Of a DNA stretch of 64,000 nt, positions 11,780 through 24,756 are shown piece after piece. The translations under genes were made by a program, and so were the position numbers. How positions within the stretch are numbered: position 1 is the stretch's first letter; every line of letters begins with the position of its first letter. Under the pieces are notes generated by a model. The model worked only from the letters and a program-made list of their open reading frames with translations, made no database searches and was not told the DNA's origin. The stretch lies in assembly GCA_002189035.1 (NCBI GenBank), contig CM007991.1, positions 5,270,001-5,334,000 of the forward strand, given 5' to 3'. The DNA is from Utricularia gibba (taxonomy: Eukaryota; Plantae; Magnoliophyta).

Positions 11780-14700
11780 ATTCCTTAAAGACTTCTAGCA
11801 TTACCAAAAGGAGAAACTAAAGAGTGATAACCTGAATTTCTTTTGGGACAATCGATATCTCCGGAAAATTGGTGCTGACCAAATTATTAGAAGATGAATC
11901 ACACAAAGGACATTTTGGTGCAAAAGTCATTGCAAAGAAGGTCTTAGAAGCTGAATTTTATTGGCCTACAATATTCATGGATGCTTACCTTTATTGCAAG
12001 ACATATCCAAATTGTCAAAGAGGAGAAATCCGGAATACAAGGATCAAATGCCCTTCAACTCATTATCATGTGTGAGATTTTTTATGCATGGGACATCGAC
12101 TTAATGGGACCGTTTCCTCCCTACCAAGGTGATAGAGTGTTAAAATAAGCAAGTACCACATAGAAGGGATTACAACAGTGTTGCACAAGTTGGTCAAAGG
12201 AAGGGATACCAAATCGGTACCACTAGATGAAAATTAGTCTGTGGAGGGGAGTGACTTCTGACAACATTTGATAGACATCAGAGGCAACAGGGGCTGGAGC
12301 AAGATAGAGCCAGTCGTTTTAACAAAATCTGAAAAATGGCCCAGTTGTAGAATCCTCAAGATAGAAGGCGATTGTATGTCAATAGGACCACCTGTGTGAC
12401 CGACTTAACCATCAAGCTCAAAAAGTAGCTAACACCCTCAAAGATCGGTTGGCTAGGCTTCCCCTATAAATAGGAGAACGAGCAAAGAAGAAGAGAGGCT
12501 ACATTCGAGTCAACCCTTGTAAACCTCTACTTCCCCTCTCTTTAATGAAACCCATTTCTCTGGGAAGTTCCCCTAGCTCTGTGGTTTTCCATCCATCGGT
12601 GGTTTCCATATAAAAAATATCAATCTCCCTTTTGTTGCTTTCACCGCAATAATAACCCAAACCTGCAAATAACGAATTCAGACTCATAAATATCGATTTT
12701 GTTACCCGAAAACCAGCATAAACCATTAATCCAATTCTCATCCACAACACAAGAGAAACTCTATAGTCTTCTTGCTGGTGATTATGTTTCCAAATGGGTG
12801 GAAGACATTGCTTTTGAGCGGGATGATGCAAAAACCATGGGTCATTTCTTGACTATCATATTATTCCCACGGTTTGATCATCCAAAAATCATCATCTTGG
12901 ATCATGGCACCCATTTCGTGAATCATGCCATCAAGAGTATCATAGCCAAGTATGGAGTCAACCACCGCTTGCCCGCATGATGGAGATACCAAATTGAGAA
13001 GTGAAGAGGATCTTAGAGATGACTATGAACTCAAATAGGGTGAGATTGGAGCTTGAGACCCAATGATGCATTATGGGCATACTACACCGCTTACGAGCAT
13101 CCAATAGGGATATCTCTATACCGCAAGTTTTATGGTAAGACGATGCATCTTCCCATTGAACTTCATCACAGAGCATACTAGGCCATCAAGTCATGTAACA
13201 TGACTAGCGACCATTGGAGAAAACATCTTTTGGACTTGAATGAATTGGAAGAAATTCGACTCAACACCTACACCAGCCAGCTTCTGCACAAGCAATTTTT
13301 TGTTGGTCAAAATTTCTTTGTTTGATATCACATTGAAACTCTTTTTAGAAAAATTGTGTTCTAAGTAACTTGGACCTTATGAAGTTATGCATATTTTTCC
13401 TTCTAGTGCTACTGTTATTCGTTCATTTGAGACAGAAAAAGCATCAAGGTCAATGGACATCGCCTGAAGCCATTTTTTGAGAAATTCCAACCACAAATTG
13501 AGGTCAATGTGCTGCTTAATGCTAGTCCTAGTCTATTAACAGGGTTACAATCATCCAAGGACTATAAATTGGTGGTGCATGGCAGGCAACCCATGTTCTT
13601 AATTTCGTAACTCTTCACTTTTTTCTTGTTTTTAGCATCCACCACCCCAGGTTCCTTTTAATTCCACCAAATGTAAACACTCATTTCTCTTTTAATTGAT
13701 CTACACACTCTCTACCCTTCTACATTTTGAAATCCTCATTTTACCATTTTTTACCTCTTTCACTACTGTAACAAATGCTTGATTCCTCCTCCTGTCAACT
13801 AAAATTCTCTGATTTTACTGTTTCACAACTGTCCTCTGTATTCAAACTCAAGACCCATTACTTGAGGGCCCTTGTTGTTTTAGTTCTAAATAGGTATTTA
13901 GGAGGGTGTTACAGCACATCTCGACAAGGCATCAGGATAATCGCCAATGTCATTGTGTTTTTGCTCTAGGCAATGATAAAGAAGCTCCCCAGAACCTTGG
14001 ATGGTGAATTGCTACTCAAATGCACTCCATCACTACAAAGAATGAAAGGGTGCTTCCATTTGCTTCTCTTATTACCAAGCTCACCCAACACTTCAATGTT
14101 AATCAGGTAGATAATCATTTTTGAAGGAAGTTGAGGGGAAAGCCGTATTTGTGCAAGAAAATACCAAGAGTTTCATCACTTTCATTCCTCCAGCCATTGT
14201 CAATCCTTATGGTGCGCCACAATAAATCTAACTAAGCACTACCTCATCCAGCCCAACCAAGCATACTCTCCTCCTAGCCATTCAAAGCCTCCACGAGCAG
14301 GTTTTCGTACTCTCCAACAAACTACACTCCCTCATTGCCGCATGACTTAGGTAACCTTCATTGCACATGAGAATGAGAACATCCTCAAAATTAAGTGGGG
14401 GAAGGAGTTTATGTTTATTTTAAATTTTTAGTGTTTTATGGGCATTAGGACTTATGTGTAAATTAGTGTTGAATTTTTTCTTTTGTGCTTCATGCTTTGT
14501 TTTTCTTTTCTTTTTTGACAAAAAAAAATCCCATGCTCCTTAAGTATATTTGCTTTCATGATTAAGGTTAGAACTTTAGGATTGATCATGTTTATGTTCT
14601 TAAAATTCTTGTTGCTAGAAAAATACTTCAGTTTTTTTTTTCTAGATATTAAGTTCTTATTGCATGCATTAGAAAAGAGCATACCATAACTATGCCTAAT

Positions 14701-16100
14701 TATTTTTTTCCTTTTACGTATTATTTTGTGAATAAATTTATGATGTTCTTAGTCACTAGACCAAAAAAAATGAGAGACATTAGGGGGTGTCAAAGGTAAG
14801 ATTGTTTGGCGAAACTATAGTTAACCACCACACATAAGGTTTCATAACCAAACAATCTTCCTCAAAGTGGGAACTCCCTTCAAAAAAAAAAGATAGAAAA
14901 AAGAAAAAAGGTCTTTAGTCTAGTGTATGTTCTTGTTGCTTCTATTTACTTCAATTATACTGGCATACTAAGTAGTCACTAGTTTAAGTCTTTATCCGAT
15001 GCATGCTTATTCGAGTAAGTAGCCTTAATTTGATTGATGGATAGGGAAATAAATAGAGTAAATACTTATGGTAGGATGAATGTATCTTAGTGATGCATTA
15101 TGACTTAGGTTGTGTCCTTTTAGTGAATTGCTATGATGTTCATACATGAGGACAAGCATGATTTAAGTATGGAAGAATATGTAAAGTGTCATTTTTTACA
15201 TATTTATTATATACTATTATATGTTAATTTAGAATTAAATTGCCCTGTTAGAAGTTATATTAACAATTATTATATTTTTTATGAAAATTACCATTATTGC
15301 ATCTATATATATTTTTGTGTACTATGGTAGAAAGCAATATTAAGTGTGGTTAGAGACAAAACACTGACATTTCATAACTTGTACACGACTTAGATTCATT
15401 GTGGGCATAAGAGTGATATTGTTCAGGATCCATACCTCGCGACATGTCAAAAGTCTGATGTAATTCATTTTATTCTTCCTCTCCCCTATAGAGTGGATGA
15501 AGAATTTTACTTTTTTGTTTTTAATTTCCGTTTTCATAGCCATTTGTGTTTAAGTTTTTTAATTTTGGAAATTAATGAAGTTTCATTTAATGTCTTGAGC
15601 ATAAATCTCGGTTCTTTTCAAAATATCTTTCAGATTTCGCATATTTTCATGCATCATGTTACAGTCTTTTTATAATATCTCTCAATCATGATCCAATTTA
15701 TAGCCAATCACTTTTCGTGGATTTTGATGAAAAGCAAGATGAAGAATACCATCTCCAACCCTATTGGTTCAAGCGAGATAATGAATTATCTATGATCAGG
15801 ATACTTTATTAATGGATAGGTAGTGATCTTGTACTCACTATTGGTCACTGACAACAATTGAGCATACTAGCATAATTTGGTTTTTAGAGCAATCGACGAT
15901 AATTTAGGGTATAATCCTCTTGTCATCTCAATCATCCAAGAGGGAATCATATGAGGTTATTCCCATGCCTCTTTTTAGAAGAATATAAGAAAGAGTAAGT
16001 TATTCCTTACTCCTATAACAAATTATTCGGAAGAAACCAATGAAAGACGAGGTGAGGAGAAATGAAGAAGAAAATAGAATCTCTTTCCCAAGAATTACTT
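11780..16100 (+). mobile_element. Athila-like integrase and 3' region remnant
   Basis: HFGAKVIAKKVLEAEFYWPTIF...C..C zinc finger; WDIDLMGPFP / DYVSKWVE; IILDHGTHFVN. Post-pol motif GGACTATAAA...TGGCAGGCAACCCA (~13560-13593) and motif ...AATTAAGTGGGGG (~14390-14401). Confidence 0.85.
12130..12749 (+). mobile_element. Solo LTR (Tat-like), 620 bp, inside Athila integrase
   Basis: TGATAGAG...CCACAACA termini; flanks CAAGG (12125-12129) and CAAGA (12750-12754); internal CCTATAAATAGG TATA box. Excision restores GPFPPYQ(G/E)KLYSLLAGDYVSKWVE. Confidence 0.85.
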
Positions 16101-16934
16101 TCCTTAAGGAAAATTCATTACATACGTTGTAATTCGTATTTAAGTCTTTCAAAACGTCTTTTATAAACCCATGACAATTTATAAAAGGTTAATAGAAATG
16201 TTTTTCACAAAACTCAATTCTCTGAAATCGACATTCGTACTATATTTTAAATATATAGAATCAAGTAGACCTAATTTTACATATTCTGCATGAGTATAGA
16301 TCTAAATGTAAAATAGGTGATGACATTAAGAACTGACTTAGTCAAAAACATCAAAAACAACCTGGATATACTTAAGTTGTTTGGAATATGCATATAGACC
16401 AATTGTAAATTAGATTAAGAATTTCAACACCACATCATCTGAGCCACCTTAAGGTATCTTACTGTTATTTTTTTACTTAGAACCTGTATTTGTTATTTTC
16501 AACATTGAGACTTGATTTTAATTATTGAACTTATTTAACGCTGCTAGTTTGACCTTGGACTTAAATTAAAATTTATCTGGAATTCTACATCTCGAAAAGT
16601 ACATTATGAATACTTGCTTTTTATGATCAACCTCAAAATTCATTATCCAATTTTTATTAAATTTTTGTTTCGTAAAAAATATAGTTTATAAATTTATTTG
16701 ATATGGAATTTTAGTTTTTGATATGAAAATTTTTGTTTATTGGTAGGCTACTCATAGAGAGTTCAATTTATTTTTTTGTTAGATTATACTATTTTATAAA
16801 ATTAAAAGTCATTCAAAAATCATTTAAAGAGATTAAAAATAAATAACTAAATTATTAAAAGTATTATCAACTTTATTCATTTGTAGTTTTTACATTAAAA
16901 AAATGCTTCAATCTTGAAATATCATTTATATAAC

Positions 16935-17360
16935 TATATAAATTTTAATTTTACTTAATGAAAAATAAATATATAATGAATACGAATCAAACTCTCACTC
17001 ATCATTTCTAAAAATCATAATACAACCAATTAAGCTACATGTATAAATTATACATAAATCACGCTCGTGTTGTGATTCATATATGATACGAATATAGATT
17101 ATGTATAAGCCCTAACCTGCATGTTGTTTTGTAATTATACACCAGTCACTCTTGTATTTATATAATCAAGCTACACAAATGTGACTTATACATAACCAAC
17201 ACTTGTTTCATATATAAAAAAACCACATGAGCAATTTATGTATAACTTATACACATACCTTAATTGATTGTATTTTGATTTTTAGAATTGATAATTGAGA
17301 GTTTGATTCGTATTCATTATAAATTTTATTATTTACAAAATTAAAATTAAAATTTAAAAA
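16935..17360. repeat. AT-rich inverted repeat (foldback or MITE-like)
   Basis: 16972-16996 is the exact reverse complement of 17297-17321 (25 nt). Imperfect pairing extends over ~16935-17070 vs ~17226-17360. Confidence 0.85.
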
Positions 17361-18477
17361 TATTATTATGAAATTACTTATATTTTTTAGATATTTTAAT
17401 TAATATAATTTTTAATTAATATTATTATGAAGATTTTCATAAGAAACAAGTTATTAAACAATTGCTCCTATACATTCATCATGAATAGAATGTATTTAAT
17501 AGATATATTTTCAAAAAATATTTTAAATAAAATATAATATGAGTAATATGAATAATTATATGATTTGTATAAGGATGTGGGTTACACATTGGCATGTGGA
17601 TTTGAAATGTCATATGAACATGAATTATGTTATAAATCATGATCGTATTTAATTCATTATGAATAATTGTTACATGTATTTAATGACATTTTTAATATAT
17701 TAATATTTTTTAATCCTTATATATGTTATTTTTTTGTAAAAAACTGTATTTCATAAATTTAATTTACAAATAAAGTTTTTCTTTGATAAAAATATATTTT
17801 GTAATTATCATTTTTTATAAAATAAAAAATATATATCTAATAGAAGTTGTAACTTATATATATTTTATAAGTTATTTTTTATAATCTGTATTTATTATGG
17901 TATGAAAAAAACATGAATTTGTGTCATATTGTATTAAAATGAATTACACTTACGTTTAATTTAAAATATTAATAATTATGTGCATATAAAAAATTATCAA
18001 TGTGGGTGATAATATTAAAATTTATTTTGATTTTTTTATGTTAAATTTACGTTTTGAATAAAAAATTGATATTTAAAAATATAATCATTATCAAATAAAA
18101 GAAATATATTTAGAAATTATAATTATGAAATATGTTATTTAGACATTAACATGAATGAAAATAATTATTTATCAAAGGATTTTTGTTTTTTTTTTTTTTT
18201 TGGAAGAGGTTTATTTTGCTCATTCCTCCCTGTTCTACACTTTTTTTCCCAATGCTGTGCTGTTTCACAACTAATGTATCTAAATAGTAGGTAGCGTATG
18301 CTAGGGATTAGAGATGCAAAGCAGGAAGCAATGTGGTGCATTAAAGCGCAAGGAATATCCCTTGGCCTTGAGCAGGCAAGAAGGGATCGCGGCCAGGACG
18401 CGTGTAGAGTAAACTGCGTGGGAGTGCAGCGGACCCCTACCCTACCCTCCCCTACCACAAACCAATTTCAATAAATA

Positions 18478-18495
18478 TCTCTCTCTCTCTCTCTC
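18478..18495. repeat. (CT)n microsatellite
   Basis: Direct reading of a CT dinucleotide run. Confidence 0.9.
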
Positions 18496-20135
18496 AACAT
18501 GCATTTGCATTGCATGCACTCACAAGAATAAATATGTGGCGCATTGCCCCAATTATTAATTAATTGCGTAATCTCATGTTCTTCTAAAATAACGCGCAAC
18601 CCAACATTTCGAAAGATGTGATCAAGTCGGGTGGCCTGTCCTGTGAAAGAATGGACGCCCACGACTCGTCCCATGGGGATCCGCACATGTTACCATGGCC
18701 CAAATTCTGCGGAAAGGTGGAGCCCAGTGTGTCTGTCTGAAACATAAAGCAGTACAATTATTCTTTCGCCGATCGGACATTGAGCCACTGCTCGCCCGGC
18801 TCGTGGCATTTCATTAAACTCCTTTTTTTTAAAAAAAATCTGGTTTAAAACCAAAATGAATAATTGAGTGGGAGTGAGATGATGATTTCTCACACCCGTT
18901 CCGTTTCCGTTTTGCACTCTCCAAGGCGATTTTGTTTTGTTTTACCACAGAATTAATGGAAAAAAGTAAACGCTCCTGGTTTACCGTCACGTGCTCCACA
19001 TGATTTTACGTATCCATTCTTATCATTTCTTTCTCTTTGTTATTACAAAGTGAAATGACTCATGTGTGCAGTGCGGCAGCAGCATATGTGCTCCAAGGGA
19101 ACACCCCACATGCCAAGACCTTTTTCATCGAGGGGGAAGGGAAGGGAAAAGGAGGGAACACCAAAAAGGACATCTTTCATTATGAATTTGGTCCCAGAAC
19201 AGGACAACTCCCCCATTCCCATCCTCCTAATTCTCTTTGAAAACAAAACAAAAAAAAAATAGTCATCAAATTTGTGTCCACTGACTAAGTTTCTCTTGAT
19301 TGAAGGTGTACAAGAAGCATTTTCAGAATCTTCCTGCTGATTTGTGATAGCAGAGATTCCACCTATATTATACAACAACACATGCTATGGGGACTGCAGC
19401 CGCCCGCGTCGCAAGTATTATCAAACTGAACATGCTCCTGACATTACCCTCATCCCGAGTAACTCTATCGCAAGTTAAGTTTGCTCAATTGTTGGTGCAC
19501 TGTCTACCTTCCTACCCCACAGTCGTTCCTCGTAGCATCACCACTTGTCTTTAATGAACCCATCTTCAATCTTGATTTTACCGTTGTTCCCTCGATTCCC
19601 AGGGGCTCTCTCCTTCCTCCTCCTTCCACTCAATCCACAGCACAAGCAAGCGTCTGCGGATTCACTACCTCCCAACGTTGACCGATCCATCCGTTTCCCG
19701 AAAGCATAACCCAGATCAATCTCATTTTTTCTTTTCACCGCTAGCTGCTTCTGTTCCTGCTGGGGATTCTAATTGAGGGAACTCGCATCCGTGACTTCCA
19801 GGTATCTGCCCAGGGTTGTGGGGCTCTTGTTTCCCCAGATCGAAAGATAGGGTCTTTCCCTGGAGGAGATGACGGTTCGTGGTCTTTGACGTACTATTGC
19901 GTACCAAGGAATTAGAGCTGTTCTCACATGTGGGTTGCTCTTGTTTGGTGTTGGAGCTGCGCGGGTATGCTTCTCTTTGATTCTTGGGCCTGTATCGAGG
20001 CTGATTGAGAGTTGTGAATTTGCATAAGCTCACATTGTTCAGGAAATTAGTCGCTTTCCCTTAGTTGCGTGCTATTTTCTGGAAATTTCGTTCAGTTTTA
20101 TTGTTTTTCGAAATTGAGAGCTGGTTTTCTCGTGA

Positions 20136-23100
20136 ATGGAGGCTAAGGTAGGCGGTAAGTTGCATCGTTTCTGTGAGCCTTCTGTGTCAGATTTGAATGG
20201 GCTCGGGAAAAGGAGTATTGAGTGGGATTTGAATGATTGGAGATGGGATGGAGATTTTCTAAGGGTTTCTCCGTTGAATCCAGTGCCATCAGATTGTAGA
20301 AGTGGACACCCCGTTGCCCCTCAAGGTCCCGTAAAGAACGGTTCTCTTAACTTTTTAGCATCATTGTCTGAAAAGGCTTTACTTGAGAATGAGATGGAGA
20401 AGAGGGACTCTGAGAAAAGAAGGCGATATATTGAGGTAAATCAGGAGCATGAGAATGATGAAGCTGGATCGCTTGATTTGGTGTTGGGTGGTCAAGTGTT
20501 TCCAGTGGTGGATAAGGAAACCGATAAATGGGAAAAGAGTGGGAAAAAGTTCAAATTATGTGGCGAGCAATCTACTCGCACTATTTGTCAAGTTGTAGAT
20601 TGTAAAGCTGATCTAAGCAATGCTAAGGATTATCACAGACGGCATAAAGTTTGTGAAGTGCATTCCAAGGCGAGCAGAGCTTTAGTCGGAAATATCATGC
20701 AAAGATTTTGTCAGCAGTGCAGCAGGTTAATTCTCATTTCTGTTTCTTTAAGAAATTTCAGTAGCTATTCCTTCGGCCTGTGTTTGTCATCTGTCATATG
20801 TTTAACATTATTCAGAGCTTGTGTTTTTTTATATTCGTACATAAGTTTTTTCTCACCGAATTGCATTTTTGTTGATTCATTATCTTGCTCTTCATCTGTA
20901 GGTTTCATATTCTTGAAGAATTTGATGAAGGGAAAAGGAGTTGTCGCAGGCGGCTGGCTGGCCATAATAAACGGAGAAGGAAAGCTCATCCAGAGAATGC
21001 AGCCGGCTCTACTTCACTTAATGATGATCAGGGCACCAAGTATCTGTTAATCAGTCTGCTGAGAATACTCTCCAATATACAGTGTAAGTAGTTACGCATT
21101 TGTTAGTGCTGAGATCCCAAACATTACCTTGGAACTAGCAACTCGAGTACCTTGATGATCTAAAGGAGTGACCTGACCTAAGATTTCTGACATGTTCTTG
21201 ATTGCTACTGTGATATGAACGCTTTGTCAGATGTTTTCATGCTCTGAACTGCCAGTATGATTCCATAGTCTTCTCTTTTTGCCGTTCCCTGCCCTGCAGT
21301 TAATTTCAACTCTCCGTATTTTGTAATTACAGCCGGTAGCTCAGATCAAACACGGGATCAGGATTTGCTTTCCCATCTTCTCAAAAATCTTGCTGCCGTA
21401 TCTGGTTCTTCTAATATTTCAAATCCTAGAGGATTGCTGTCTGTATCTCCAGATTTTCAGAATGCAGGAACGTCTTGTGGAACAACAATAAGGGTACTAG
21501 TTTAAATTCTCAAATATTTTGTTGAGAATGATCTTATTTTGTCTTACTGCATCTTACTGCATCTTACTGCAGGGCAATGGCAGTCCTGATGAGATAGCGT
21601 TGCCCCTGCCCCATACTAGTCTGACTTGCAAGGATGCCCTGACTGATAATGCTCAAGTTGGGCCAGCTCGTGAAACATCTCCTCTGCGATACGCTACTCC
21701 TTCAGCCAAGACCAGTGCTTGCGCTGAAAGGCTGAAAATGAATAATATTGATCTAAACAGTGTGTATGATGATTCTGAAGATCACACGGAAGATTTGATG
21801 TATAATGTCCCCTTGAGAATCCATCACCATGTGTCTCACCTTGGTCTTTTAAAGATTCACAAAGGTCTAGTCCTCCTCAGAGTCAATCACCGTCAACATC
21901 AAGCGGGGAGGCACAGGTACATCTGATTTTACAGCCATCTCGTTAGTTAATTGCTTGAAGGGATTAATTCAAAAAGCAGTGTTCGCCTATGTTGAACCAT
22001 TTATTTTTGTACTTGCAGAGTCGGACAGATCGGATTGTTTTTAAGCTTTTTGGGAAAGATCCAAATGATTTTCCTCATGAACTAAGAAAGCAGGTTCGTT
22101 TTTCCTGGTTTTATGGCAACATATTTTTCCTTTTCTTTCTGTTGATTCTCAATATCAAGCTCTTACTTTGTTGACTCCAATGCCAGATGATTGATTGGCT
22201 CTCCAGTAGTCCTACTGATATTGAGGGCTATATCAGGCCTGGTTGCATCATATTAACAATTTATGCGTGCATGGATAAATCAAGCTGGGATGAGGTAATT
22301 TTGTCAGCTCCCAGGGATTCATCACTAACTGTCTCGCAAGGATCAACTCTGACACCTGTGATTGCTTCTTTTTAAGCTACAATGCAATCTAAATTCCAGT
22401 TTGAAGAGGCTTCTTGATGCATCTTCCGATCCCTTTTGGACAACTGATTGGATCTATACTAGAGTACAACATCGCGCCTCTTTTGTATACAATGGTATTA
22501 TCAATTCATATACCCTCTGCACCTCTTCATGTTTTTTATTTGGGGAGCTATGTAAAGTTGTTGGGTTGGAGACTAAAAATCTTTTTTGTTTCACTGCAGG
22601 TGAGGTTGTTTTAGATATTCCCACACTTCTCGGAGGAGCCCGTGAGGGTTGCTGGATATCAATGATCTCACCGATTGCTGTTTCCTTTTCCGAAACAGTT
22701 CATTTTTCTGTTAAAGGTTATAACTTGTCTGGTTCAACATCAAGGTATCCTGGTTTGGGGTCCAATCTTTTATTTTTTATAATATTCATTTCCATGTTGC
22801 TTTCTTCATTCTCAGTTACTGGATATATCTCGTCTTAGAGGTTTGTTACAACTGTATTAGGTTACTTTGTGCTCTCGAAGGGAGTTATATTTTCCAAGAA
22901 AGTTGTGCTGATGTCGTTGGAGCTGATTCTTTTGCTGATAATGGAGAGATCCAGTTCCTCCAGTTCTCGTGTGCGGTTCCAAATGTTGTTGGGAGAGGAT
23001 TTGTTGAGGTCATGTTGTCAACTTAGTTGTGCTTGTTTTCATCTTGGCTTTTTTTTTTTTTTTTTTCTTTTTTGCCTTCTCTTTTTTCTGGGGTATTGAG

Positions 23101-24290
23101 TAGGACTTTCACTTTTGCAGGTTGAAGACTACTGCCTTAACAGCAGCTTTTTCCCATTTATTGTTGCAGAAAAGGATGTCTGCGAAGCAATTTGTGATTT
23201 GGAGAAGGTTGTTGATGTCTCCGACTCCGAAAATTTAGATGCTGATAAAACTGAAGCTAGAAATCAGGCTTTGAATTTTGTGCATGAAATGGGATGGCTT
23301 CTTCACAAACATAGCTTGATTCTGAGTTTAGGTGAAACGAGAGATGATGTGGATCTGTTCTCTTTCAGACGCTTCAAGTGTCTAATTGAATATGCCATCG
23401 ATCATGGTTGGCCAGCAGTGGCAAGGAAGCTTTTGAATGTTCTATTTGATGGAACTGTGGGTACAGGGAAAGACACCTCTGCTGTGACTTCCTTGTTAGA
23501 CCTTGGGCTTCTCCATCGTGCAATTCGAAGAAATAGCATACCCATGGTCAAATTTTTGTTGGAGTACCAACCAAGTGGAGCATCGTCTAGAAGTGCAGAT
23601 GCGCATAAAGAAACGGATTGTCGCAGCTTTTTGTTCAGGCCTGATTCCACTGGCCCCGGTGGGTTGACTCCTCTTCATATTGCTGCTGGTTTAGACGACG
23701 CGGAAGATTTAGTTGATGCATTAACTGAAGACCCCGAATCGGTATGCCTCTCATTGCGGTGTTCCGTGTTGTCTGCTAAGACACTCATGCATCTTACCCT
23801 TTATACGATTGATATAAACATGGCTGATGATCTCATTTGGTAGGTTGGGATGGGAGCATGGAAGAGCATCCGCGACTACACTGGATTGACTCCGCATGAT
23901 TACGCCTGCCTGCGGGGTCACTACTCCTACATCTATCTGGTTCAAAGGAAACAACTGTCGAAGAGCCATGGCCAAGTAGTGATAGATGTTCCAGTTACCC
24001 AACTAGATGCGGCCATAAGCAAGCAGAAAATGGCAGATGTAAGCAGCAAGATGGCGGTATTCCATACAGAGAAGACTGCGGGAGAGATGATGAGTTGCAG
24101 GAAATGTGAGCAGATGCTGTTGTATGGGAGCCCGAAACCATCGGTTGCTCTATACAGACCTGCGATGCTGTCGATGGTGTTGATTGCTGCTGTGTGCGTG
24201 TGCGCCGCTTTGCTATTCAAGTCCTCGCCAGAAGTTGTGTACTTGTTCCGACCGTTCAGGTGGGAGCTGCTCAAGTATGGGGCGGAATGA
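20136..24290 (+). CDS. SPL1/SPL12: SQUAMOSA promoter-binding-like protein, SPL1/SPL12 clade (SBP domain, ankyrin region, C-terminal TM); one-base frameshift in exon 4 as assembled
   Basis: N-terminal [11 protein letters not shown]; SBP domain CQVVDC...[13 protein letters not shown]...[35 protein letters not shown]; [19 protein letters not shown]; GLTPLHIAA; [27 protein letters not shown] exons: 20136-20725, 20902-21083, 21333-21493, 21573-21916, 22019-22093, 22187-22294, 22377-22494, 22600-22744, 22861-23008, 23121-23741, 23844-24290. About 979 aa if one base is restored in exon 4. Confidence 0.95.
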
Positions 24291-24756
24291 GGAGGCCAAG
24301 CGAAGTGCTGTTGTGGATTAGATACAGAAAAACCATAAATGCGGGATTGTATGCTACCCAGTCAAAAAACCACTACTTGTGCTCATATGCTGTTTACAGG
24401 GAGGGAATCTTGCCATTGAAAAAAAAAAAAAAAACGAGTGTTGTTTACTGTTTGCATCGAAATCAATTTGGATGGGGTGCTTTACTGTTCTATAGAGCCA
24501 AATACATAGACGTGGATGGGGAGTAATCGACACTTGGGTGGAGAAAAAAAAAAAAAAAAAAAGGGTTCAGGGTTCTCCTCCACCGGTGCGTCGCCGATGT
24601 TTTGGTTAACTGTCCGGTAATTTGAGGGTTCAGGGAAAAGTCGCTTCCTTGTTTCCCATCCCTCTCCAGTGGTTGTAGGCGTTTCTCTGTCTGTTTGGAA
24701 TAATATTTCATGTCAAGTTTCTCGAAATCGAAGGATAGTCGGCAGCCCCGTCCCAG

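Noticed and set aside
19043-19381. 112-aa minus-strand ORF upstream of SPL
   Set aside because: No recognisable domain, and it runs through poly-T/poly-A tracts; length is within chance expectation.
20136-24290. miR156/157 target site or a MIR156 precursor near SPL
   Set aside because: No GTGCTCTCTCTCTTCTGTCA-like site seen, as expected for the SPL1/12 clade.
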